A DNA stretch of 64,000 nt from a virus. Under the pieces are notes generated by a model. The model saw only the letters and a program-made list of their open reading frames with translations. It ran no database searches and was not told where the DNA came from. A program made the translations under genes and the position numbers. The stretch is from the IMG/VR virus record IMGVR_UViG_3300045988_104520; one strand, given 5' to 3'. Shown piece by piece: positions 47,797 to 57,536 of this stretch (position 1 is its first letter; each line of letters opens with the position of its first letter).

Positions 47797-50700
47797 TCCT
47801 TGTTTAACTCATTTATCGAATCCGAATTATCAGAACCTTCTACGAGATTCTTATTCCTATCTATCTCTTCCTGACTCATGTTACTCATCATATTTTGTAT
47901 TTTTCTACCAGATTGAGATAAAGAGCGGATGAATGCACTGGAACTTATCTTAACTCCAAGATCCGGTTTTGCCCTAAACGCTTCACCGGTACTGATATTA
48001 TACAAATCATACACACCTGAGTTCATATAGAATTTATATATCCAGTTTCCACCAGCTTTTTTGTACCCTAATTTGGTTAACTCGACTACACTCATACCAA
48101 ATTTAATGCCATTACGACCCATTATCTTCTCCGGTATAGGTTCTACCTTAGCCGGAACAGATGTATATGCTTCATCGCCGCCGTACAGGAAATAAGGGGT
48201 TGTCACCCTTGATATGTGAGTAAGCGGTTCTTCGGATATACGAGGCTCGTCTTTCGCAGCCTTATATTCTTCCCTTGGATTGGATATCCTAATAAAAGGA
48301 TCGTATGTCAAAAAGGTTAAGCCGTATTCTACTTTATAACCTGATACGCCGTTAAGATCCCTTATAGCCTTAGTCGTATGCGAGTGATTGATGGTGTCTA
48401 TACCATACCTTGATTCCATATCGGTCATAATACTATTAACCTCATCTCCCTCTACATAAACCTCTTCTCCTTCCGGGATAGAGGTTATGCCGGCAGCCCT
48501 TCTAAGTAGCCATAAAGTGACTTCAGCAATGTCAGAGAACTTATCTCCGTTCTTCCTATAGTTATCTACTCTTCCTTCTTCATATCCAGGTAATTCGACA
48601 TTTCCTTTAACTTCGACATTTGTTCTGGATTGTCCTTTGCCTTCTCCATCTCCCTTTTTATCGCCATCTTCCTCAGTGCGTACTGCACCGCCTTCTGCAC
48701 TTCCTTCTTTTCCATCATTTAAAATATTATCTGATTCTGACTCTATAGACTCCACGACAGCATCATACTCTGGTATGCCGCTAAGGAAATCTGCTACGTT
48801 ATTCAAAAACTCTATTTTTTCCTCGTTTGTCATATCAAGGCTTTCCACGGGCTCCCATATGGCAGGCAAGTTGTTTGATTTTATTGCAGTAGAAACATCT
48901 TCTACAGTTTTATTATCCACCGTAGGCAAAACTTTAGAAACCAAACTATTGATATCAGATTCCATTTTTTCTACTTCCTCTTTTGTGCCATATTCTTTTA
49001 GGGTATCCATGCCATTGACTCTAAGAGAATAATTCAAAGCCTTACTCGGAACAAAATTAATATATTTCAAAAAGTTTTTCAACTCTGATATAATTTGTTC
49101 GTCAGATCTTGGCCCAACATAATCAACCACCACCTGATCTGTTTGAGAACGAAGCCAAGAAACGTATTCATTTAAGGTCTTACCACCTTTACTGGAAGGA
49201 GTGGATATTTTATCACCTACTGTTCCTTTAGGTTCTAATCCCATTTCCTCCTTAAGACTTTTAGGATTACCTCTCTCACGAAGAAACCTCAAGTCACCTC
49301 CTACAATCTTCCTTGCTATAAAATCAAAAATATTAGCATAAGGCGGCAATCCTTCTTTTTCTATATGAGATTCTATTTCGTTTAACATAAGAGAGAAGTT
49401 TTTCCTGGAGGTACGCTTCTTGCCAGGTAAAGACTGCATAGCTTGTGCCGCAGGAGCCGGCTGAGCTAATGGCGCCGGCTGAGTCCCCCTGACAGCTCCT
49501 TCCTCTGGCATTTCCTCTTCATAAACATCCACGTATTCTTTAGAAGTAACGGTCTTACCCTCATCAGAGAAAGGAAGATCATCCTCTATAAGTGATTTTG
49601 ATCTGGAAGATGATTTACCAAATTGAATCCTGATCTTAGGAGCGACAAACATCTCACCTTCGAAATCTATTCCAGATTCTACTTCAGATGTCACAATGTC
49701 TTTAACGCTCCTACTTCCATCTTCTACCCACTTAACAACATCAGGAACCGTAGATAATTTTTCTATAGCCTCACGAGCTTTTATAAGCCCTGAAATAGGA
49801 TTCAAATACGATACTTGATACGAAGCCGGATCAAGACCTAACTTGGTCAGATACGCATTAAGATCTTGTATGTCATCTTGACCCATCTGCAACAATTCAG
49901 AGTCACCGGATTCAAGCAGCATATCTATAAAAGAAATCCATTTCTTTCCTTCCTCTGATTCTACAGAACGTAGACTAACAGGGAAAAGATAATTAAGACC
50001 GTTTTTACCTTTGATGACAACTACCGGAACTCTTACATTTTTGTAATTATTCCCCTTGTCATTTAATATAGAATAAGCAAATGGGAAGCCTGTGTATTTA
50101 GAGCCGTTCTTAAGCACGACTTTGCCATTTAATACATATCCGACATCAGATACTTTTTCAGCACCTTTTTCGGTAATAGGGAGATTTTCTACCTGGCCAT
50201 ATCCTTGACCGTTCACCCTCATGTTAAATACCGGTCTTCCGGGAAGAGTCTGGGCAACAACATGCGTGCCGACGCTGATGGTAGCCGACCGGCCGGCGTC
50301 CTTCTTCCACTTGTTAAAAGCCGTTCTTCTTATCTTACTTATACCATCTATGCCTCCTGTGTCAGCTTTTACAACAGAAACGAATCTGTTTCCACTCATG
50401 ACCTTGATAACCATATTGGACACCAGTTTATTCTCAGCAGATTCTATTCTTTTTTTATCGCCGGACTGAACAGCGTCATTGTATTCGGCAAAAAGAGACT
50501 GATTATAAGTATCATTTACATCTATTTCGAGATTAACCTTATCTCCTTTTTTCAAAGAAGATAATGCTTCCTGATCTATTTTATCTACTTCATTCTCTCC
50601 GAATCCGACACCTGTTCTGTACGGAACCAACTCATCTGAATCAAGACGCTTATAAACCAAAGAATATGAATTACCCACGTCCTGAATAGACACGTCTGTG

Positions 50701-53700
50701 TAGCGATTAAGAACACGAGCCGATTCTTTGTCTATAGACCATCTTGCATGATAAGGCAGTTCTATCACGGTAGCCGTTTCTCCACCTATGTTAAGAGAAT
50801 ACCTTTTAGTGCCATTAGCGTTCGTTTCAGAGCTTATTTGAATAGGAACCAATGATTTTATAGAAGATATAAATTTATCGGCTCTAAGACCTGCAATTTC
50901 ATACCTTTCGTTGCCATCGTTGGATATTCTTCTAACCATCAACGTCTCTGGATTCTGGGCGCTATCTATGTTAGCTCCAGGCGTATTATCGGATTCATCT
51001 AACTCATTTACAAGAGAATCTATATTGGTATCATCCTCCCCAAAATTACTTAACGTAGATTCGGAAATACGACCTTTATCAATAATCCTGTTTTGTTCGA
51101 TATAAGGAAGGAGATCCGTGATGTTTCCAACCTGGCCAAGATCTTCTATGGTAAATACCGAATCGGCAAGCTTATCTTCGTCAACTTTCTCCCCTTTGTC
51201 CCGTCTGTTCATTATATCAACATACAAAGAAATAGCATCATCAAGTTCCTTCCTTTGATCTGGTTCCAAATTGGATTTAGCCATATCAATAATAGCTTTA
51301 TTATCCTCATACACAGATCGAGGCTCAGTAAGTCTCCTAACTTTATCTGATAAATCTTTTATCATCTTAGCCGGACTGTCTCCAAGAAATGATATGTAAT
51401 CATCAATATCCTGCTTGTATTTATCATATATCTCCTTCTCTCTTGGAGATAAAAGATCTTGATTACCTGTATATATCTTGTCTACTATACGTTCTCTAAC
51501 CTCTATAGGTGCAGACAAAAGATCTTCCATAGCCAACTCATAATCAAAATCAGACAATATATCCTCTTTCGGTTTCTGAGTTATACCATCATTTAAATGA
51601 CCAAATACTTTCATTGTAAATGCCTCATCTGAATCTATTTCACCATTGTTCAGGAGTTCATTTATTTTTTCATCTAAACTGATATTGTCTCCTTCCTGGT
51701 TCTGATAAAAACGCTCACTTTCTATAGGCTTGGTATCAGATGACACCATATCATTTAAGAACTTAGAGAATAAAGAAAAATCGTGTCTCATAAATTTCTT
51801 ATCCTGCATGGAGTTCATGAATGACCGTAGAACCTTATATTGGGTAATAGCTTGCTGGTATTTTACCACCATCTTTCTTAAATCCTCTGCTTCTTTCTTC
51901 CCCTTATTGTTCTCGATATAAGTGCTTAAAGAAGCAACAGAATCATAAGCTTTTAATATATCTTCAGCAGTTATTGTTTCGGATTTAAACAACTCAAGAG
52001 CTGATACTCCAGGATCAAAAGAATAAAATACTTCTTTATAACTACTAAGAAGATCTTCTGACAACCTTCTATATTCCTTATTAAGATTATCGTATTTAAT
52101 AGTTTTTTGTTTTATAGCCTCTGCTTCGGTATCATTGCCATCCTCTACTCTTCTTGGAGTTGTAGCCAACCTTTCTATTTCAGCATTCAGATCATTGATC
52201 TCATTACGCAATTCCCTTAACTGATTAGCTGTATCAAAAGCTTGACTTGATAATGAATAAAACGTATTTATATCATCAAACAAATTATTGTCATTTACAT
52301 AATCAGCAATATCATTTGATGCTTCCATTGCCATATCCTCTGCATCCAACCCCTTAAACACAGCATTAGCAACATTAGATCGATAAAGATCAGATGAAGT
52401 CTCAGCAGTAATAGCCTCAGCAAAAGAAGAAGCTTTTTTATAATTGGCTAACTTCTTATCAAAATCTTTTATAATATCTTCCTTGTATTTTTTAACAGTT
52501 TCTTCATCTACTTTCATTTCAGAAGCCAACTCACTTTCGTCAAGGCTTTTAACCATTGACCTGAAATTGTTAGCCGTATCCTCTAACATTCCCATTCTGT
52601 CAGATAATTCAAATTTAGAATAATAATCTGATTCAGGATCATTCATTTGAGCATTAAATTCGGCTAAATTTCGCATAGAGTCTTTTACAGATTGAGAAGT
52701 AAAAGCATTATTACTATTAAATTTCTCAACATCAGTATTAATAGTACGCTCTTTATTTCTCCTTTCATATAAACCAAAAGCACCATTTCTGGCTCCAAAT
52801 AAACCACCAATCAGGGCTCCTATGCCAATCTCTTTCAATCCTTCTTTGGTTGTAAATTGTTCAGCTATGGCCTTAGAAAAAGAATCAACTATAGAAGACG
52901 TAGCATCAAGATACGTCTTATCATATCTTGATCTAATAAAATCTTCCCCCATGCGCTGAGCAACACCTTGCATGCCTTCCTCCCATACACCTTCAGATAT
53001 GGGTCTTTTAGATACATTCCAAACAGTAGCTAAGGATTTCTGGAATAAATTTGCTTTTACCGTCTGTAATCTTCCAGCATCACCCGCTACCTTCTTAGTC
53101 CCTAATCCAAACAAATAGCGATCTACAAAACTCTTTGATCCCCTATATGTGTTTGATACACCCTTTAATCCAGGTATGTATTTAGAAGCAAAACCAGTGT
53201 CTACTCCAAGATATTTTCCCAGAAGAAGATAATTGGATAATCCAACTATACCCATATTAGCTAAAAATATGCTGTTTGCTGTATCGGAAATAGAACTCTT
53301 AAATTCAGCCATCTCAGACTGATTAGGATTCCGACCATACATATTTTTAAAATATTCCTTGTATTTACTTTCAGAGTCTTTCATGAAGGACTGAGCCTCC
53401 ACGGCAGACTCCCAGCCGGCGCCCACGAACGTATTTACTCCTACCTTGGCCATATTGCCTATGGCCCTGCCGTACATCGCTCCTGCCCTATACGCTCCAA
53501 AAGCTGATTTTACAGCACTTGCCGCAATCTTAGACGCCGCCATCTTTCCGGCCACTCTCATCCCTACTTTAGCGCCAACAGCTCCAAGACTTGACACGCC
53601 CATCCCACCTGTAAGGTAGGCAGACAGAATAGCTCCTGTCGTAAACGATAGACCATTTCCAATAACATCATTAAAAATAAAATTTGCAGTTCCAAGACTC

Positions 53701-54509
53701 TGCAAAAATCCCATATCACGCTCTTCTCTTGTATAATAATGAGGAAGAGAGTGGTTTATCCTTTCATCTATATCATTTATGGCCCGTGTAAAATCATTGT
53801 CAAATGCAGAAGATAACGTACCAGTCTTTATAAGATTATACGCAGCCGGGATAATACCTACTACTCCTGATACACCATATAATGCTGTTTTTGTGACAAG
53901 TTTTCCTATACCATTAACAGCCTTATTCCAAGTAGTTTGCCTTCTTCCGTAATAATCTTCATTATCCCTTCCTGGCATATAACTTTTAAACTTTGCAAGA
54001 CCGATGTTCCCATCGGATAAAAAGTCATATGCTTCATCTAACTTAATAGTTCTTCCTTTACCAAATACACCAAAATCAACAGCAGATGACTGTTGATTAC
54101 CAGCTATAACCTCACCATAAGACGTTTGTTTACCAGAATAAGTATTCCTTGATTTATCTTGAATAGATTTTATCATGGAATTTAACTTATTATAAGACTC
54201 CTCTTTCTTCTTTCTTGGATCATCTCCACCATTCAGAGCCGATTTTAGTCCAGAAAAAGATGTGTCTACATCAAAAGAAGTATCTATTCCGCTAATATCA
54301 GACCCTTTTTCTGAATCATCATCAGGATTTATGGCTGATACCGGGGGAGTATATGAACCTACTTTCATCCTCTCCATCTCTCTTTTTGCTCCCTCAATAA
54401 GAGAAGATTCTTCTTCATATCGCGTAGGAACTACGGCATTATACCCTCTTAATCCAGTAGATGGTAAGAAACCTGATTTCTCTACCAATGTCTGTTCCTT
54501 ATTTTCCAT
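47790..54509 (-). CDS. Giant virion-associated protein (2239 aa) with Gly/Ala-rich hydrophobic segments and Pro/Ala-rich linker
   Basis: 6.7-kb uninterrupted ORF; GVSGVVGIIPAAY... and GAVGAKVGMRVAGKMAASKIAASAVKSAFGAYRAGAMYG segments. Confidence 0.85.
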   Translation of the reverse strand: MENKEQTLVEKSGFLPSTGLRGYNAVVPTRYEEESSLIEGAKREMERMKVGSYTPPVSAINPDDDSEKGSDISGIDTSFDVDTSFSGLKSALNGGDDPRKKKEESYNKLNSMIKSIQDKSRNTYSGKQTSYGEVIAGNQQSSAVDFGVFGKGRTIKLDEAYDFLSDGNIGLAKFKSYMPGRDNEDYYGRRQTTWNKAVNGIGKLVTKTALYGVSGVVGIIPAAYNLIKTGTLSSAFDNDFTRAINDIDERINHSLPHYYTREERDMGFLQSLGTANFIFNDVIGNGLSFTTGAILSAYLTGGMGVSSLGAVGAKVGMRVAGKMAASKIAASAVKSAFGAYRAGAMYGRAIGNMAKVGVNTFVGAGWESAVEAQSFMKDSESKYKEYFKNMYGRNPNQSEMAEFKSSISDTANSIFLANMGIVGLSNYLLLGKYLGVDTGFASKYIPGLKGVSNTYRGSKSFVDRYLFGLGTKKVAGDAGRLQTVKANLFQKSLATVWNVSKRPISEGVWEEGMQGVAQRMGEDFIRSRYDKTYLDATSSIVDSFSKAIAEQFTTKEGLKEIGIGALIGGLFGARNGAFGLYERRNKERTINTDVEKFNSNNAFTSQSVKDSMRNLAEFNAQMNDPESDYYSKFELSDRMGMLEDTANNFRSMVKSLDESELASEMKVDEETVKKYKEDIIKDFDKKLANYKKASSFAEAITAETSSDLYRSNVANAVFKGLDAEDMAMEASNDIADYVNDNNLFDDINTFYSLSSQAFDTANQLRELRNEINDLNAEIERLATTPRRVEDGNDTEAEAIKQKTIKYDNLNKEYRRLSEDLLSSYKEVFYSFDPGVSALELFKSETITAEDILKAYDSVASLSTYIENNKGKKEAEDLRKMVVKYQQAITQYKVLRSFMNSMQDKKFMRHDFSLFSKFLNDMVSSDTKPIESERFYQNQEGDNISLDEKINELLNNGEIDSDEAFTMKVFGHLNDGITQKPKEDILSDFDYELAMEDLLSAPIEVRERIVDKIYTGNQDLLSPREKEIYDKYKQDIDDYISFLGDSPAKMIKDLSDKVRRLTEPRSVYEDNKAIIDMAKSNLEPDQRKELDDAISLYVDIMNRRDKGEKVDEDKLADSVFTIEDLGQVGNITDLLPYIEQNRIIDKGRISESTLSNFGEDDTNIDSLVNELDESDNTPGANIDSAQNPETLMVRRISNDGNERYEIAGLRADKFISSIKSLVPIQISSETNANGTKRYSLNIGGETATVIELPYHARWSIDKESARVLNRYTDVSIQDVGNSYSLVYKRLDSDELVPYRTGVGFGENEVDKIDQEALSSLKKGDKVNLEIDVNDTYNQSLFAEYNDAVQSGDKKRIESAENKLVSNMVIKVMSGNRFVSVVKADTGGIDGISKIRRTAFNKWKKDAGRSATISVGTHVVAQTLPGRPVFNMRVNGQGYGQVENLPITEKGAEKVSDVGYVLNGKVVLKNGSKYTGFPFAYSILNDKGNNYKNVRVPVVVIKGKNGLNYLFPVSLRSVESEEGKKWISFIDMLLESGDSELLQMGQDDIQDLNAYLTKLGLDPASYQVSYLNPISGLIKAREAIEKLSTVPDVVKWVEDGSRSVKDIVTSEVESGIDFEGEMFVAPKIRIQFGKSSSRSKSLIEDDLPFSDEGKTVTSKEYVDVYEEEMPEEGAVRGTQPAPLAQPAPAAQAMQSLPGKKRTSRKNFSLMLNEIESHIEKEGLPPYANIFDFIARKIVGGDLRFLRERGNPKSLKEEMGLEPKGTVGDKISTPSSKGGKTLNEYVSWLRSQTDQVVVDYVGPRSDEQIISELKNFLKYINFVPSKALNYSLRVNGMDTLKEYGTKEEVEKMESDINSLVSKVLPTVDNKTVEDVSTAIKSNNLPAIWEPVESLDMTNEEKIEFLNNVADFLSGIPEYDAVVESIESESDNILNDGKEGSAEGGAVRTEEDGDKKGDGEGKGQSRTNVEVKGNVELPGYEEGRVDNYRKNGDKFSDIAEVTLWLLRRAAGITSIPEGEEVYVEGDEVNSIMTDMESRYGIDTINHSHTTKAIRDLNGVSGYKVEYGLTFLTYDPFIRISNPREEYKAAKDEPRISEEPLTHISRVTTPYFLYGGDEAYTSVPAKVEPIPEKIMGRNGIKFGMSVVELTKLGYKKAGGNWIYKFYMNSGVYDLYNISTGEAFRAKPDLGVKISSSAFIRSLSQSGRKIQNMMSNMSQEEIDRNKNLVEGSDNSDSINELNKEC

Positions 54510-54512
54510 ATA

Positions 54513-57500
54513 TTATTCCCTATTTACACTATTCAACAACTTCATCAACTTGCCGTTTTTATTCAAAGACGCAGGTAAATTACCTCCTTCTTTTGCCGCC
54601 ACCATATCCTTAATCTCCTCTGTTATGGCTGCCACAACAAAATCAACTATTTTTTTCTGAGGCGCAACAGCAAGTTCTTTAGACACATTATCCGCAAACC
54701 ATACATTAGGAGTATCAAACGAATCTATTAACTCAGGTTTACCATTCTCCATAAGATAAAGCCTTGTCTCATATCCATAACCGTAACTTGTCTTAGGATC
54801 ATAACCTTCAACCTTTACACCAAGCTTTCCACTGTTATCCAATATATCTTTAGCTGCATTAAGAAGCCAAACCTTTTGTTCTGGCATATCATCTAAATTA
54901 TTACCAGATTCATTTATCATATCTGATAACACTTTCATCATTGAAGATACAGAAGCATAAGCGGGTGATATATCTGAATTTTCAAGCATCTTCGGATACC
55001 ACATATTGGTATCACTTCCAAATGTAGGTCTTATAATACCACTTTCATATCCACCTATATCGACGGAAGGAGTATTAATACCAGGATCTATGCCATTATT
55101 TATCAACTCTGTTTCAGATACCTCAACAATATCTATTTCCTCTCTTTCACCAGTATGATTAGCAACCAAACTGTAAGTCTTCTCTCCATTGTCGGCTATT
55201 CCCGATTCTGTCAAAGAAAATGATTCAATAGTTGCCGATGATGATTTAGATTTACCAACAGGATGCTCTGCCATTTTTTTAGTAAATAGATCCCTGAGAA
55301 CACCCATCTCTCTATAACCAGCCTCCTTGGAGGTTAATTTGGTTGAATACGTTACTGTGTTAGGTGAATACAGTTCGAGATATTCTTTACGTATCTCATT
55401 TATACCATCATCTTGAACCTTAGTTATTTGATTGGCTATATTAATATCGCTTACTACATCACCTCCAACGCTCTCCATTCCGCTAATAGAATACAGTGTA
55501 TTAAAAAACACCTTTTCTTCACCATCCGAGAAACTATTTTTTACATCATCGTATTTTTTTAAGAAATACCTGCCACTTTTGCTATCCCTCTCAAATACTT
55601 TAGATAAATCAATGCCATCATTTTTCACCCTCTTTCTTATAGTAGCTATATCAGCAGGCGAGAATCCTTTTTCATAATATCTTACTCCAGATTCTACATC
55701 GCCGACTGTACCTCTATTTTTTCTTAAAATATCATTAAGGGATAACGCTGTAGCATAGGCTATATATTCTTCGGGTTTACCTCCTTCCTTCTGCGCGATC
55801 GCATTTGCTATTTCAGATACAATATTATCATAAATCTTATTCTCCTTCTTAATTCTATCATTCTCTATATCCATCTTGTCTACAGCGCTATTAAGCTGCA
55901 TATAAGCATCTGTGGCAGCTTTTCTCTCTGCCACAGGTAGCTTGTCAAACATATCATTAGAGAGACCTCCATTGTCCTTTATATACTTAAGAAGTTTTTC
56001 TTCATCCATAAGATACTTGTATCCTGATGTTTCATCCGTCATATTTCTTGATATGGCAGCTTGAATATTTTTCATGTTTTCAGCACCAAGGGCTGTAGAT
56101 AGTCTACTTCCGGATGTTACAAGATCTGTATATGCCTTATTAAACTTCTTATGAGTTTCTTCTGATATGCTAATATTTTTAGTTTCGATAGGATTAGCTG
56201 AAATAGTTCCACCAGAGTTTGTGCCAACGCCCACCTGCATGGCTCGGCTTCCAGCTCTGCCGCCTGCCGCTCCTGCACCAGAGGACATAAGTTTTGCTAT
56301 TCTGGCTTCATTAAGCCTATTCTGCATCTTCAGACGTTCTTCGTCTAATCCAAATCTGGCTTCATCCTTATTCTTACCATATTCAAACTCTGCAATATCC
56401 CTATTTCTTTCATATTCAAATTCTATCTTCCATTTTTCGAAATTCAAATTAGCTAATCTTTCCCTCTGATTATATTCTTTGGTTTTCCAGTAAAGCTCGT
56501 CGGCTTTGATTATGAAAGACGAATTATCATAAGCATATGAAGCAGCAGCATTATTAATAAAATTATTTTCAATAACCCTCATCGCTCCAAGATACGGATC
56601 GTAAGCCCTTTCATCCATTCTGCTAAATTCAGATTTCATGGAAGCTATTTCAGATTTGGCTCTCTTTATTTCATTTTCAACCATTTCTTTCTTTGCAGGA
56701 TCAGAACCCAAACCGGAAAGATCGGCAGTAAGAGCATCAACATACCTCTGCTTATCACTTATCTGCTTATTCATAAAACCAAGAACAGAATCATACGAAT
56801 ATAAAGAGGGATTAGAGTCTACCATGTAAATAGCCTCCACCTGCATCTGCTGCCTTGCTTTATCTGATAACCCTGACAATGCAAAAGAAGCTATCTGTTC
56901 AGGAGTAAGCATATCCTTAGTTACTTCTTGTACTGCCCCGGTAGGATGACCATCCTTGTCAAGAATAGGAATCTGAACTTTAGCTCCTTTATGAAGCTTG
57001 CTTATAAAATCTATCCTATCTTTTAATTCCTTATTATAATCAGTATAAGGAGTATATTGAAGAGGAGCAAGACGGGAACCAGCCTTTCCATCATTCACCC
57101 ATTCATTATACGGCTTTAAAGCCGCATAAGCATTCGCAGCAGAATAAAGTTCTGGATTATTTATTTGTAAATCAGATAGCATTTTATGCATTCTCCTGCC
57201 TTCTTTTGTGCCGGCAATCGCGTTAATGACCGTATCATCCAACACCGAACTGATCTCTCCTTGTATGGCTCTCGTAACACCATCAGAAGAAAGATCCACG
57301 CCTTTAAATTTTTGATTGATGTTAGCAATCACACCTGACATCTTATCTTCCATATAAGCGCGGGCTTCAGGCTTATCTATCTCTTGACCAATAAGATAAT
57401 CTACCTGGGTATAAATCTTTTCACGAGCAGCATCAACCTTCTGCTGTTTGTACATCATGACGTCCTTAACAAGATCTATGTTGTAAGGACTAACATACGG

Positions 57501-57536
57501 GGCATATTGCCTTAAAATACTATACTGTGAAGCCAC
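54513..57536 (-). CDS. Large virion-associated protein (1007 aa; GTG start in the track)
   Basis: 3-kb ORF; coiled-coil-rich; abuts the neighbouring genes. Confidence 0.8.
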   Translation of the reverse strand: MASQYSILRQYAPYVSPYNIDLVKDVMMYKQQKVDAAREKIYTQVDYLIGQEIDKPEARAYMEDKMSGVIANINQKFKGVDLSSDGVTRAIQGEISSVLDDTVINAIAGTKEGRRMHKMLSDLQINNPELYSAANAYAALKPYNEWVNDGKAGSRLAPLQYTPYTDYNKELKDRIDFISKLHKGAKVQIPILDKDGHPTGAVQEVTKDMLTPEQIASFALSGLSDKARQQMQVEAIYMVDSNPSLYSYDSVLGFMNKQISDKQRYVDALTADLSGLGSDPAKKEMVENEIKRAKSEIASMKSEFSRMDERAYDPYLGAMRVIENNFINNAAASYAYDNSSFIIKADELYWKTKEYNQRERLANLNFEKWKIEFEYERNRDIAEFEYGKNKDEARFGLDEERLKMQNRLNEARIAKLMSSGAGAAGGRAGSRAMQVGVGTNSGGTISANPIETKNISISEETHKKFNKAYTDLVTSGSRLSTALGAENMKNIQAAISRNMTDETSGYKYLMDEEKLLKYIKDNGGLSNDMFDKLPVAERKAATDAYMQLNSAVDKMDIENDRIKKENKIYDNIVSEIANAIAQKEGGKPEEYIAYATALSLNDILRKNRGTVGDVESGVRYYEKGFSPADIATIRKRVKNDGIDLSKVFERDSKSGRYFLKKYDDVKNSFSDGEEKVFFNTLYSISGMESVGGDVVSDINIANQITKVQDDGINEIRKEYLELYSPNTVTYSTKLTSKEAGYREMGVLRDLFTKKMAEHPVGKSKSSSATIESFSLTESGIADNGEKTYSLVANHTGEREEIDIVEVSETELINNGIDPGINTPSVDIGGYESGIIRPTFGSDTNMWYPKMLENSDISPAYASVSSMMKVLSDMINESGNNLDDMPEQKVWLLNAAKDILDNSGKLGVKVEGYDPKTSYGYGYETRLYLMENGKPELIDSFDTPNVWFADNVSKELAVAPQKKIVDFVVAAITEEIKDMVAAKEGGNLPASLNKNGKLMKLLNSVNRE